Of a DNA stretch of 64,000 nt, positions 18,690-31,931 are shown piece after piece. Origin of the DNA: Bacteroidales bacterium (lineage in GTDB: Bacteria; Bacteroidota; Bacteroidia; Bacteroidales; BM520); NCBI GenBank assembly GCA_016285515.1, contig JAEEQW010000003.1, positions 122,316-186,315 on the forward strand. The letters run 5' to 3'. The notes below the pieces were generated by a model that saw only the letters and a list, made by a program, of their open reading frames with translations, ran no database searches and was not told the DNA's origin. Every line of letters starts with the position of its first letter. Position 1 is the first letter of the stretch. The translations under genes and the position numbers were made by a program.

Positions 18690-18797
18690 TACAAGGAGAG
18701 GGTGACCAAATCCATTGAGAAGTTCTCGGTCGAGTTTGGTTTGGTCGCTCTCGCACACAACTTGAAAAAATACGCGGAAAAGAGGATTGTCTATTTA
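18690..18797 (+). pseudogene. C-terminal remnant of an IS1182/IS5-like DDE transposase
   Basis: The frame continuing after the SPFH stop reads YKERVTKSIEKFSVEFGLVALAHNLKKYAEKRIV. This resembles the conserved transposase C-terminus (...V..E..L.A.A.NLKK...). There is no start codon, no catalytic domain and no inverted repeat. Confidence 0.5.
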
Positions 18798-18845
18798 AGT
18801 CTTGTTGCCTTTTCACTTCATATCATAGGAATAAGAACGATGTCT

Positions 18846-19598
18846 TCAGACTGTTGACAGCTTCTCCCCATATTCAACATGAATAAGGCTTAGCCCCTGC
18901 GCCGGTACTGATTCGCCGGCCTTGCGTCTGTCTTTGGATTCAATTATTTCCCGAAACTGTTGCAGCGTAATCCTGCCATTACCGACCATAAGGAGTGTGC
19001 CTACAATGGAACGAACCATGTTACGTAAAAATCTGTCTGCAGTGATATAAAAATATAATAAGTAGTCTTTCTTTTCCCAATGTGCATCGTAAATCTTGCA
19101 GTTGTTTGTGAAAACCTGCGTACCCGTTTTGGAGAAACACTTGAAGTCAGTGTATTCTTTAAGTGTTTCGGCGGCTTGATTCATTAGGTTGATGTCAAGA
19201 GAATAATGATATTGGTATGAATATTTTGTCAGAAAAGGGGCTTTTTCAGTGGAAATTATATAGCGATATGTCCTGCTGACGGCATCAAAACGGGCATTGA
19301 CCTCATCGTTGACAGGACGCAGTTTTCTGATGATTTTGATATCTTCGGGGAGAATGGCGTTCAGACGGTATAATAGTTCATCCGCCGGAATAATGTCTTC
19401 CTCAATGTCGTAATGAAGGTAGAAATCATGTGAATGGACTCCGGTATCAGTCCTGCCACAGCCTGTTGTTTCGATTTGGGTCCTGTAGAGTGTTGAAAGT
19501 GCTTTTTCAATGACTTCCTGGACGGTTATGCCGTTGGGTTGTTTTTGCCAACCATGATAATTGGTGCCGTCGTATTGTAAGTTTAAAAATATTCTCAT
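18846..19598 (-). CDS. truA: tRNA pseudouridine(38-40) synthase
   Basis: From the ATG at 19598 the protein reads MRIFLNLQYDGTNYHGWQKQ, and the catalytic motif GRTDTGVHS is present. Confidence 0.9.
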   Translation of the reverse strand: MRIFLNLQYDGTNYHGWQKQPNGITVQEVIEKALSTLYRTQIETTGCGRTDTGVHSHDFYLHYDIEEDIIPADELLYRLNAILPEDIKIIRKLRPVNDEVNARFDAVSRTYRYIISTEKAPFLTKYSYQYHYSLDINLMNQAAETLKEYTDFKCFSKTGTQVFTNNCKIYDAHWEKKDYLLYFYITADRFLRNMVRSIVGTLLMVGNGRITLQQFREIIESKDRRKAGESVPAQGLSLIHVEYGEKLSTV

Positions 19599-19659
19599 AA
19601 TCAAATGGCAAAAATAACTATTTTTGTCTTCAATGATAATATTTATGTCCATCAGATGA

Positions 19660-21222
<1,563 letters not shown>

Positions 21223-21228
21223 CAGGTC

Positions 21229-21474
21229 ATGATTCTAAAATTGATTTCACCGGAAAAAACTCATTTTGACGGAGAAGTAAGCTCAGTTGGGGTCCCAGGT
21301 ACGAACGGACGTAATTTCGTGATTCTCAACGATTATGCACCTACTATCTCTGCGCTTGACAAGGGTACTGTGAAATACGCGCATGAAGGGGTCGTTGACA
21401 CTCTTGAAATTGAAGGCGGTTTTATAGAAATATGTGACAATGTTATAGTTATCTGTGCGGAAATTAATTCTTAA
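21229..21474 (+). CDS. atpC: F0F1 ATP synthase subunit epsilon
   Basis: 81 aa. Position directly after atpD and an epsilon N-terminal beta-sandwich pattern support the call. Confidence 0.8.
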   Translation: MILKLISPEKTHFDGEVSSVGVPGTNGRNFVILNDYAPTISALDKGTVKYAHEGVVDTLEIEGGFIEICDNVIVICAEINS

Positions 21475-21486
21475 TTCTGTCTGTAT

Positions 21487-21861
21487 ATGAAGAAGATGCT
21501 GATTATAAGTAATTTGATAACATTCGTTTCAGGTTTGATAGGCTATTTCATACTTAAATATGCTCTGCCGCAGTTTTTTTTCAGCTCATATCCAGTTGTT
21601 ATTGTGTATTATATGGCTATCATAACTGCTTTTTGCATAATCATATTTTCTTCAAAAAACAGGAAGGGAACTGTCTCAACGAGCTTGTATTCTATTCTTA
21701 AAGGAATATTGCTTGTTTTATGCATCATTTTCTTTTGGATAATGATGAAATATTGTGTTGACAGAAGTGTTGTCAAATCACTTGCAATAGTTTTTGTTTC
21801 TATGTATTTGGTAATTATTTTTTTGGAGGCATGGATATTTTTGGAGACAGAAAAAAAATGA
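21487..21861 (+). CDS. Small membrane protein of the ATP synthase operon (AtpI/AtpZ-like position)
   Basis: 124 aa with about 4 TM helices. The stop overlaps the atpB start (ATGA). Confidence 0.6.
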   Translation: MKKMLIISNLITFVSGLIGYFILKYALPQFFFSSYPVVIVYYMAIITAFCIIIFSSKNRKGTVSTSLYSILKGILLVLCIIFFWIMMKYCVDRSVVKSLAIVFVSMYLVIIFLEAWIFLETEKK

Positions 21862-22910
21862 GGTGGAGAATAATTGCAGTTTTGCTTTTAATGTGTCTTC
21901 CTTTTGCCGGATATTCCGAAAAGACAGAAGATAGCACAGGATTCAATATCAACGATGTGATTTTCGGTCATATAGGTGATTCGTATGAATGGCACATTAC
22001 TGAATGGAAAGGGGAACCTGTTGCAGTCTATCTTCCTGTAATTGTGTATAGTAAGACAAGCGGTTTTAATGTTTTTTCATCGAAGAAACTTTGTGAAGGC
22101 AACAATTATAAAGGCTTCCAATATGGGGATCCTGATGGGAAATATTCCGATAAGGTGGTGGAGATTGTTAACGGCAATGAAGTCAAGCCGTTGATTGACA
22201 TATCAATTACAAAAAATGTGCTCGGACTTTTCTTCAATTGTGCTGTGCTGTTAGTATTGGCGTTTTCTGTATCGAGTTGGTATAAAAAACATTCATACGA
22301 AACTCCGCCGAAAGGACTCAGGGGAGGGATTGAAATGTTTATAATCAGCGTTGAGGATGATATCATAAAACCGTGTGTCGGGGAGAATTACAGGAAGTTC
22401 TCGCCTTATCTTCTCACTGCTTTCTTTTTCATCTTTGTCAACAATATCATGGGATTGGTTCCGATTTTTCCTGGCGGAGCAAATTTGACCGGCAATATTG
22501 CCATTACATTCGTTCTGGCTATGTTTACATTCTTCATGGTAAACATCTTCGGTTCCAAGACATACTGGAAGGATATTTTATGGCCTGATGTGCCTGTCTG
22601 GATGAAAGCGCCGATGCCGTTGATGCCACTCATAGAGATTTTCGGTCTCTTCACTAAGCCTTTTGCTTTGATGATCCGTCTTTTTGCCAATACCCTTGCA
22701 GGCCATATCATCATATTATCTCTGACCTGCGTAGTTTTTATAACAGTATCTCTGGGTGCTGTCTTAAATGGTTTTATGTCGGTCGTGGCTATATTGTTCA
22801 TAGTATTTATGGATTTAATGGAAATATTGGTGGCATACATTCAGGCTTATGTGTTTACTATTTTGTCTTCAATTTTCATTGGCATGGCGCAGGTGAAAGA
22901 AGAGGAATGA
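21858..22910 (+). CDS. atpB: F0F1 ATP synthase subunit a
   Basis: The ATG at 21858 is preferred (MRWRIIAVLLL). The conserved Arg region is MIRLFANTLAGHII. Confidence 0.85.
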   Translation: MRWRIIAVLLLMCLPFAGYSEKTEDSTGFNINDVIFGHIGDSYEWHITEWKGEPVAVYLPVIVYSKTSGFNVFSSKKLCEGNNYKGFQYGDPDGKYSDKVVEIVNGNEVKPLIDISITKNVLGLFFNCAVLLVLAFSVSSWYKKHSYETPPKGLRGGIEMFIISVEDDIIKPCVGENYRKFSPYLLTAFFFIFVNNIMGLVPIFPGGANLTGNIAITFVLAMFTFFMVNIFGSKTYWKDILWPDVPVWMKAPMPLMPLIEIFGLFTKPFALMIRLFANTLAGHIIILSLTCVVFITVSLGAVLNGFMSVVAILFIVFMDLMEILVAYIQAYVFTILSSIFIGMAQVKEEE

Positions 22911-22957
22911 AGCAAGAATAAAAGATAATGAGATAATGAATAAGAGTTATATTATAA

Positions 22958-23245
<288 letters not shown>

Positions 23246-23254
23246 TCGTTCGAG

Positions 23255-23752
23255 ATGTCGTTATTAACTCCTGATGGTGGATTGGTCTTCTGGATGCTGC
23301 TTGCGTTCGGAATAGTGTTTTTTATCCTTGCAAAGTTTGCATGGCCTGTAATAACGGGTGCAGCCGAAAAACGCACTAATTTCATCAACACCTCAATGGA
23401 ATCTGCTAAGGAGGCTAATCGCAAACTCGCTGAAATTAAAACAGAAGCTGATGGTATCATCGCAGATGCCTATGAGCAGCGCACTCAAATAATGAAGGAG
23501 ACGGCTGAGTCGAGGGACAAGATAATATCCGATGCCAAAGATAAGGCATCTTCCGAGGCCAGAAAGATCATTGAAGATGCCAATGTTCAGATAGAACGTC
23601 AGAAACAGGAGGTGATGGCCAGCTATCGTAAGGAAGTGTCTGAAGCTGCAGTACAGATTGCGGAAAAGATACTTCGACGCGAACTTGCGAAAGACGGTGA
23701 ACAGATGGCTCTAATCAACTCAATGCTTGACGAACTTAACAAACAACAATAA
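23255..23752 (+). CDS. atpF: F0F1 ATP synthase subunit b
   Basis: 165 aa with an N-terminal TM helix and a long charged helix. Operon position supports the call. Confidence 0.85.
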   Translation: MSLLTPDGGLVFWMLLAFGIVFFILAKFAWPVITGAAEKRTNFINTSMESAKEANRKLAEIKTEADGIIADAYEQRTQIMKETAESRDKIISDAKDKASSEARKIIEDANVQIERQKQEVMASYRKEVSEAAVQIAEKILRRELAKDGEQMALINSMLDELNKQQ

Positions 23753-23755
23753 CAG

Positions 23756-24316
23756 ATGAACAGCAGCTTGATATCAAATCGTTATGCTAAGGCTCTTATG
23801 GATTATGCTGAGTCGATTGGCCAGGACACGAGACTTTATTCGGAGATGAGACTTTTGGATGAGACATTCGATAAGGTTCGTGAACTGGGCAAGGCAATGC
23901 GCAATCAGCTTGTGTCGGTGGAACAACGGAAATCGCTTCTTACTACTGCGGCAGGAGGTAATGTCAGTGACGCTTTCAGCCGATTTTTGGAGATGCTGTC
24001 GGAGAAAGAACGTTTCAGCAATGTCCATCAGATTTCACTGAAATATTGTGAACTGTATCGTCAAAGACATAATATACATTATTGTGTGCTGACAACCGCG
24101 ATACCGCTTACTGATGAAGAGTTGAAACATATAAGTGATGAAATCACGAAATTCTCTCCAAATGTTTCCGAGTTGGAGATACGTAATGATGTTGATGAAA
24201 GTGTTTTAGGTGGATTTGCCATCGAGACAGATTCCAAGCTGTTGGATGCAACGGTACGTCACCAGTTACAGGAAATAAAGAATGTTTTGGTTGGTAATAA
24301 TCAAATTTTGAATTAA
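23756..24316 (+). CDS. atpH: F0F1 ATP synthase subunit delta (OSCP)
   Basis: 186 aa starting ...SNRYAKAL. Operon position supports the call. Confidence 0.85.
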   Translation: MNSSLISNRYAKALMDYAESIGQDTRLYSEMRLLDETFDKVRELGKAMRNQLVSVEQRKSLLTTAAGGNVSDAFSRFLEMLSEKERFSNVHQISLKYCELYRQRHNIHYCVLTTAIPLTDEELKHISDEITKFSPNVSELEIRNDVDESVLGGFAIETDSKLLDATVRHQLQEIKNVLVGNNQILN

Positions 24317-24319
24317 AAA

Positions 24320-25903
24320 ATGACAGACAAAATAAATGTTAGTGAAGTATCGGAAATCCTTCGTATGCAGCTTGAAGGCATTGATTCCAAGGCTCAGTTT
24401 GAGGAAATAGGCAAGGTGCTTCAGGTAAGCGACGGTGTGGTCAGGGTATTTGGTCTTAACAATGCAGAATCCAATGAACTGCTTGAGTTTGAAAGTGGAA
24501 TCAAAGGTGTTGTTATGAATCTTGAGGAGGACAATGTCGGTGCCGTCCTGCTCGGTCCTACCGATCAAGTTGAAGAGGGACAGATGGTGAAACGCACCGG
24601 ACGTATTGCTTCCATCAATGTCGGCGAAGGTTTGCTGGGAAGAATCATTAATCCGCTCGGCGAACCTATTGACGGTGGCGTCCCGGTTACCGGAAAAATG
24701 GTTGAAATGCCACTTGAGCGCAAAGCTCCGGGTGTGATCTATCGTGAACCTGTCAGCCAGCCGCTACAGACGGGCATTAAGGCGATTGATGCCATGATAC
24801 CTATCGGAAGAGGTCAGCGTGAACTCATTATTGGTGACCGTCAGACAGGCAAGACGAGCATAGCGGTCGATACCATTATCAACCAGAAACGAAACTACGA
24901 TGAAAGAGACCCGGTATATTGTATCTATGTTGCCATAGGTCAGAAGGGCTCTACGGTAGCCAATATTGTGAATACATTACGAAACCACGGAGCTATGGAA
25001 TATAGCATAGTTGTGGCTGCTAATGCCTCAGACCCTGCGGCGCTGCAATATTTCGCACCATACGCTGGAGCTGCAATCGGTGAATATTTCCGCGATACAG
25101 GCCGTCATGCTCTCGTTATCTACGATGACCTTTCCAAACAGGCGGTGGCTTATCGTGAGGTGTCTCTTATCCTGAAACGTCCTTCAGGCCGTGAAGCATA
25201 TCCGGGCGATATCTTCTACCTTCATTCTCGTCTTCTCGAGAGAGCTGCAAAAATAATCAGCCAAAAAGAAGTGGCTGTCAAAATGAACGACCTTCCGGAT
25301 TCGTTGAAAGATATGGTTAAAGGCGGAGGCTCATTGACGGCACTTCCTATTATTGAAACACAGGCCGGTGACGTGTCGGCATACATTCCCACAAACGTGA
25401 TTTCTATTACCGACGGCCAGATATTTCTTGATACCGACTTGTTCAATCAAGGCAACCGTCCTGCCATTGACGTTGGAATCTCGGTTTCTCGTGTCGGCGG
25501 CAGCGCACAGATAAAGAGTATGAAAAAAGTTGCTGGCACTTTGAAAATTGACCAGGCTCAATACCGTGAACTTGAAGCATTTACAAAGTTCGGTGAGGAT
25601 ATGGATGCAGTCACTAAAATGACTATTGACAAAGGCCGTAAGAATACTGTCTTGCTTAAACAAAACCTTCATCAAACAATGTTCGTCGAACATCAGATTG
25701 CCGTTCTTTATTGCGGCACTCATGGACTTCTTGCCAGTATAGGTATTGACAAGGTACAACAGTTTGAAAAGGAACTGATTGACAATCTTGAATCACTGCA
25801 CCGAAAAGATGTCCTTGATGTCCTGAAAAGTGGCGTTATCAACGGTGACGTGGAGAATATTTTGCAGGCAGTGGCATCTGATATCTGTAAACAGTTAGAA
25901 TGA
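24320..25903 (+). CDS. atpA: F0F1 ATP synthase subunit alpha
   Basis: 527 aa with Walker A GDRQTGKT. Confidence 0.95.
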   Translation: MTDKINVSEVSEILRMQLEGIDSKAQFEEIGKVLQVSDGVVRVFGLNNAESNELLEFESGIKGVVMNLEEDNVGAVLLGPTDQVEEGQMVKRTGRIASINVGEGLLGRIINPLGEPIDGGVPVTGKMVEMPLERKAPGVIYREPVSQPLQTGIKAIDAMIPIGRGQRELIIGDRQTGKTSIAVDTIINQKRNYDERDPVYCIYVAIGQKGSTVANIVNTLRNHGAMEYSIVVAANASDPAALQYFAPYAGAAIGEYFRDTGRHALVIYDDLSKQAVAYREVSLILKRPSGREAYPGDIFYLHSRLLERAAKIISQKEVAVKMNDLPDSLKDMVKGGGSLTALPIIETQAGDVSAYIPTNVISITDGQIFLDTDLFNQGNRPAIDVGISVSRVGGSAQIKSMKKVAGTLKIDQAQYRELEAFTKFGEDMDAVTKMTIDKGRKNTVLLKQNLHQTMFVEHQIAVLYCGTHGLLASIGIDKVQQFEKELIDNLESLHRKDVLDVLKSGVINGDVENILQAVASDICKQLE

Positions 25904-25910
25904 TTTCATC

Positions 25911-26819
25911 ATGGGATATCTTAATGAAATACGCTCACGTATCAACTCTGTCAATTCCACTCGGCAGATAACGTCTGCTATGAAGATGGTGTCTTCTGCA
26001 AAGCACCATAAGGCTCAGAATGCAATTGACAGATTTTCCGTATATCAACAGAATCTGCTTATGATGCTGCATGATTTTATGGAATACTGTGAAAGAGAAG
26101 AGGTTAGGGTCGATATACCTTTTTCCACTCCAAGGGAGGTGAAAAAGGTGGCAGTCGTCGCTGTTTCATCAAACATGAGTATGTGCGGCGCTTTCAATGA
26201 AAATATTGCGAAGGAGCTTGCCTCAACTATGGAGGGCTATAAGTCATTGGGATGGGAAAATGTGCTGATATATCCAATCGGATTGAAAATTGCCAAAAAA
26301 GCTGCAGCATATCCGAATGTTTACCGTGAGGTTCTCAACGACATGATAAAAAAAACGAATTATTCTGAGACGGTCAAACTTACTGAGCACCTTGTGGATC
26401 TTTATTCCAATGGCGTAATTGACAAGATTGAACTCATTTACAATCACTGCAAGTCGAGTTCAAAACAGATTGTGCTGCGTGAGACTTATTTGCCGGTTTT
26501 ATCCGATGATTTGAAGAAAATGTTTCAGGAAGGGACAAAACTGATAAAAGGGAAATATTCATCGCAGTTCCTTCTTGAGCCTGACCCGCAAACTCTTATC
26601 AATGCTTTGATACCTAAGATCATAAGATTAAAGTTGTATGCCGTATTGCTCGATTCTGCTGCTGCAGAACAGTCGGCACGTATGATGGCAATGCAGATTG
26701 CCACCGATAATGCAGATGAATTGTTGCAATCACTTAGAATCCAATATAACAAACAACGTCAGCAGGCAATTACAAATGAACTGCTTGATATCATGGGCGG
26801 TAAATCTTTAGATAATTGA
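25911..26819 (+). CDS. atpG: F0F1 ATP synthase subunit gamma
   Basis: 302 aa with the conserved C-terminus NKQRQQAITNELLDI. Confidence 0.9.
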   Translation: MGYLNEIRSRINSVNSTRQITSAMKMVSSAKHHKAQNAIDRFSVYQQNLLMMLHDFMEYCEREEVRVDIPFSTPREVKKVAVVAVSSNMSMCGAFNENIAKELASTMEGYKSLGWENVLIYPIGLKIAKKAAAYPNVYREVLNDMIKKTNYSETVKLTEHLVDLYSNGVIDKIELIYNHCKSSSKQIVLRETYLPVLSDDLKKMFQEGTKLIKGKYSSQFLLEPDPQTLINALIPKIIRLKLYAVLLDSAAAEQSARMMAMQIATDNADELLQSLRIQYNKQRQQAITNELLDIMGGKSLDN

Positions 26820-26826
26820 AACAATT

Positions 26827-27855
26827 ATGGAAAATAACATATCACTACTTATAATTTATACTGGTGGAACCATCGGTATGATTCCCAACGAAAAAACAGG
26901 CGCTCTTGAGCCATTCAATTTCGATAATCTTTACAACCAGCTTCCAACGCTGAAACGTTATCCGTACCAAATTGATTTCTACAGTTTTGACCCTTTGATA
27001 GACAGTTCCGATGTCACACCTGAATTCTGGATTAAGATAGTTGATGTGATAGAACAGCGTTATGAGCACTACGATGGATTTATCATCCTTCATGGTACTG
27101 ATACGATGGCATATACTGCATCGGCATTGAGTTTCATGTTGGAGAATCTGAATAAGCCTGTCATCCTTACCGGTTCACAGCTTCCACTTGGCATGCTTCG
27201 TTCCGATGGCAGGGAAAATCTGCTCACATCCATTGAAATTGCTGCCGCCCAAATAGATGAAACACCGGTAGTTCCTGAAGTGTGCATATATTTTCAGGAC
27301 TTTCTGTTCAGAGGCAACAGGACATCAAAAAACAGTTCTGAGAACTTTGATGCCTTTCAGTCAGGAAATTATCCGCCTCTTGCCTCTGTAGGCATAGACG
27401 TGAAATACAATTTTGATAATATCATAAAGCCCAATTTCAAGAAATTGAAGGTTTCACACCGAATGGACAACAATGTTGCCACGATGAAGCTGTTCCCGGG
27501 CATCTCGCAGGCTATGGTGAGAAGTGTATTGCATATTGAAGGTTTGAAGGGTCTGGTGCTTGAAACCTACGGCAGCGGTAATTCGCTGTCTGCGCCGTGG
27601 TTTATTGATATGTTGCAGGATGCAATCAACAGGGGGGTGGTAATAGCAGATGTGACTCAATGCAAGCGGGGCTCGGTGATACTGCACAAATATCAGGCAG
27701 GCTTGCAACTTGCCGAGATAGGTGTTATCAGCGGCACCGATATCACCTATGAGTCGGCTGTCACAAAATTGATGTATCTTTTCGGAAAAGGATATTCTCC
27801 GGATGAGGTTAAGAAATATTTTGCAATGCCGCTTCGTGGCGAAATGATGGCTTGA
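26827..27855 (+). CDS. ansA: Type I L-asparaginase
   Basis: 342 aa with the catalytic motifs IIYTGGTIGM and HGTDTM. Confidence 0.9.
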   Translation: MENNISLLIIYTGGTIGMIPNEKTGALEPFNFDNLYNQLPTLKRYPYQIDFYSFDPLIDSSDVTPEFWIKIVDVIEQRYEHYDGFIILHGTDTMAYTASALSFMLENLNKPVILTGSQLPLGMLRSDGRENLLTSIEIAAAQIDETPVVPEVCIYFQDFLFRGNRTSKNSSENFDAFQSGNYPPLASVGIDVKYNFDNIIKPNFKKLKVSHRMDNNVATMKLFPGISQAMVRSVLHIEGLKGLVLETYGSGNSLSAPWFIDMLQDAINRGVVIADVTQCKRGSVILHKYQAGLQLAEIGVISGTDITYESAVTKLMYLFGKGYSPDEVKKYFAMPLRGEMMA

Positions 27856-27878
27856 CAAGTCAAATGGTATAAAAGCAA

Positions 27879-27912
27879 AACGAAGAATCCTGCTTATACT
27901 GGATTCTTCGTT
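27879..27912. terminator. 12-bp hairpin between convergent ansA and gyrB
   Basis: AACGAAGAATCC (27879-90) pairs with GGATTCTTCGTT (27901-12). The U-run is present only for the minus-strand (gyrB) direction, as AAAAGCAAAA on the plus strand. Confidence 0.5.
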
Positions 27913-28121
27913 GAACAAGACTTCGCAGCCTTTAGTGAAAAGTGTCAATTAATTTTTTAATTCAATAATGGCAAAAATCAAAATGATTATTATTGTTAGT
28001 AACATTTAACTCTAATTTTAATGCTACAAAAGTACATCATTATCATTCAATGATTTTTAGCCATAATTTGGTAAAAAACAGAAATTGATAACTACAGTTA
28101 GGTAGAAGTCAAAAATGACTG

Positions 28122-30119
<1,998 letters not shown>

Positions 30120-30173
30120 CTATCAACAACTTATGAACAAACAAACGTGGTTATCACGTTTATTTACAGTTGA

Positions 30174-31931
30174 TTACATGCTTAATGTGACGCCAACCAT
30201 GGCATTGATAGGATATATCGGATAGCAGTACCAAAGCTGTGCTTTGTTGTTGAAATGAAGCATGTTGTTGATGTTCAGCCATACGCTTATTACATCGTTT
30301 ATTGAATAGTCTGCCGATAAGTTCATGTTGTATAAAGGTTTCAATGTAACCAGACCGCTGGAAAGGCCAAACACATCCTTATCCACTCTGCTCCCGAGGC
30401 AGAACGCTTCAAGTCCCAGTGTGAGTTTATCGTTTAGCAGTCTGTATCTTGCATCGGCAAATACTTCAAATGCAGGCAGATTGTATAATTGGCTTGCAGA
30501 CGAGCCTTCTTTTATCTTGGCTGAATAATAGCTTCCGTGAAGGTTGAAAAGCAGGTTCTTCTTGGTGTCCACAGTTACATCGGCAGATAAAACCAACTCA
30601 TTCAAGTTGACGTACTGTATTACGAATTCATTAAGTGAAAGGGTTGTAGCTGCGCCTGCGTACTGTTTGAAAACATTAGAAGTGTACAGCGGCAGGTTTT
30701 CAATGATGATGTACTTTGCATTTGCCGAGAAATTGACGAATTTGCATATTTTTGAATCAAAACCGGCATATATGTTGAATTTTGTATCGGTGACTTTGGC
30801 AAGATAATCGTTGGTTATTGAAGAACTTGCTTGTCGGCTGATGATATTAGGAGTTGCAATGTAGTGATTTGTGGTGAACAGTTTTTTGAAGGTGTTGCGA
30901 TTACTGTTGCCGTTGACTCCGATATGGATGTTGAAAGTTTGCGGGATGATATTGGCTTTCACCTGAAATATAGGGTGAACTTTAAATTTCGTTTCTTTTG
31001 AGCTGTTGTCGTTTTGTGTGTATAGTGCAAAATCACAGCCTATGTTGAAGTCGAAAGCACCTGTGCTGAACATATATACAGGGGAGAGACTGGTGAGGAA
31101 ATTGTTGCTTGTCAAAGCGTTTGTGGAGACGAACTGCATCTGGAAGTTTATGTTCAACAGGTCATTGTCAAGCCATTTCATATTACGGTTGAAATTTGCA
31201 GGCAGACTTATTATATGCTCTCGGTCGGAGTATTTGTCCTGCAGGTAGGAATATTGCAGTGAGACATTGTAATTCGACTGACCGCGTTGAGCGTTGAACA
31301 AAGCGATTTCAGCATCTATCATGTCAACAGTCTGATGAATGGAGTCATCAGTTAATGCGTCAAAATCGTATGTCGATGCCAATGAAGGATCCACGCCATA
31401 GTAATGAAATCCTTCACGGGTGTATCTGATTGATGGTGCAAGGAGTTGTTTTCCAATCAGGAAGTTACCGTATCCGGTGACTTTAGTTGAACTCATGGTA
31501 TTGTTGGGCACATTTTTCATCTGCCGCCATGCTGAGTTGTGATAAAGGCTGAATCCACCCCATATTTTTTTCTTCTGAATGGAATTTACGTTGATGTCAA
31601 CAAGTGGCTCCAGATTTGTCCCGAATCCCACAATCGCCGAAAGAATGTGTTTCTTTGCCGTTGCATCATAGTTGACTGGCTGGATCAGTTCAAGTTTTGC
31701 AGGCATCTTGATGAAAGATGAATACTTGAACGACTCATAGTTGTACTCCGGTGTCGTTTTCTCAATCTTTATCTTGTATTTTTCCGGCTCTGTGTTTATT
31801 TTGTTGGCATCGTTTACCGATGGCTGATAGGGAGCTGTAATGTCGATTTGTTCGTTGTAGGTCTGAGCGTATGCTGAGGTGATGGCAAACATACTGAATG
31901 CCAGGACTGTTAAAAAGATTCTTTTATTCAT
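30174..31931 (-). CDS. Putative outer-membrane beta-barrel protein (unknown family)
   Basis: 585 aa with signal peptide MNKRIFLTVLAFSMFAITSAYAQ and alternating aromatic/polar strands throughout. The start overlaps the upstream TPR gene by 8 nt. Confidence 0.6.
   Translation of the reverse strand: MNKRIFLTVLAFSMFAITSAYAQTYNEQIDITAPYQPSVNDANKINTEPEKYKIKIEKTTPEYNYESFKYSSFIKMPAKLELIQPVNYDATAKKHILSAIVGFGTNLEPLVDINVNSIQKKKIWGGFSLYHNSAWRQMKNVPNNTMSSTKVTGYGNFLIGKQLLAPSIRYTREGFHYYGVDPSLASTYDFDALTDDSIHQTVDMIDAEIALFNAQRGQSNYNVSLQYSYLQDKYSDREHIISLPANFNRNMKWLDNDLLNINFQMQFVSTNALTSNNFLTSLSPVYMFSTGAFDFNIGCDFALYTQNDNSSKETKFKVHPIFQVKANIIPQTFNIHIGVNGNSNRNTFKKLFTTNHYIATPNIISRQASSSITNDYLAKVTDTKFNIYAGFDSKICKFVNFSANAKYIIIENLPLYTSNVFKQYAGAATTLSLNEFVIQYVNLNELVLSADVTVDTKKNLLFNLHGSYYSAKIKEGSSASQLYNLPAFEVFADARYRLLNDKLTLGLEAFCLGSRVDKDVFGLSSGLVTLKPLYNMNLSADYSINDVISVWLNINNMLHFNNKAQLWYCYPIYPINAMVGVTLSM

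Noticed and set aside
18026-18758. 168-aa and 200-aa minus-strand ORFs.
   Set aside because: They are antisense to the SPFH gene's Ala/Glu-rich coiled-coil region. Their Ala/Ser/Cys-rich products are mirror-image low complexity.
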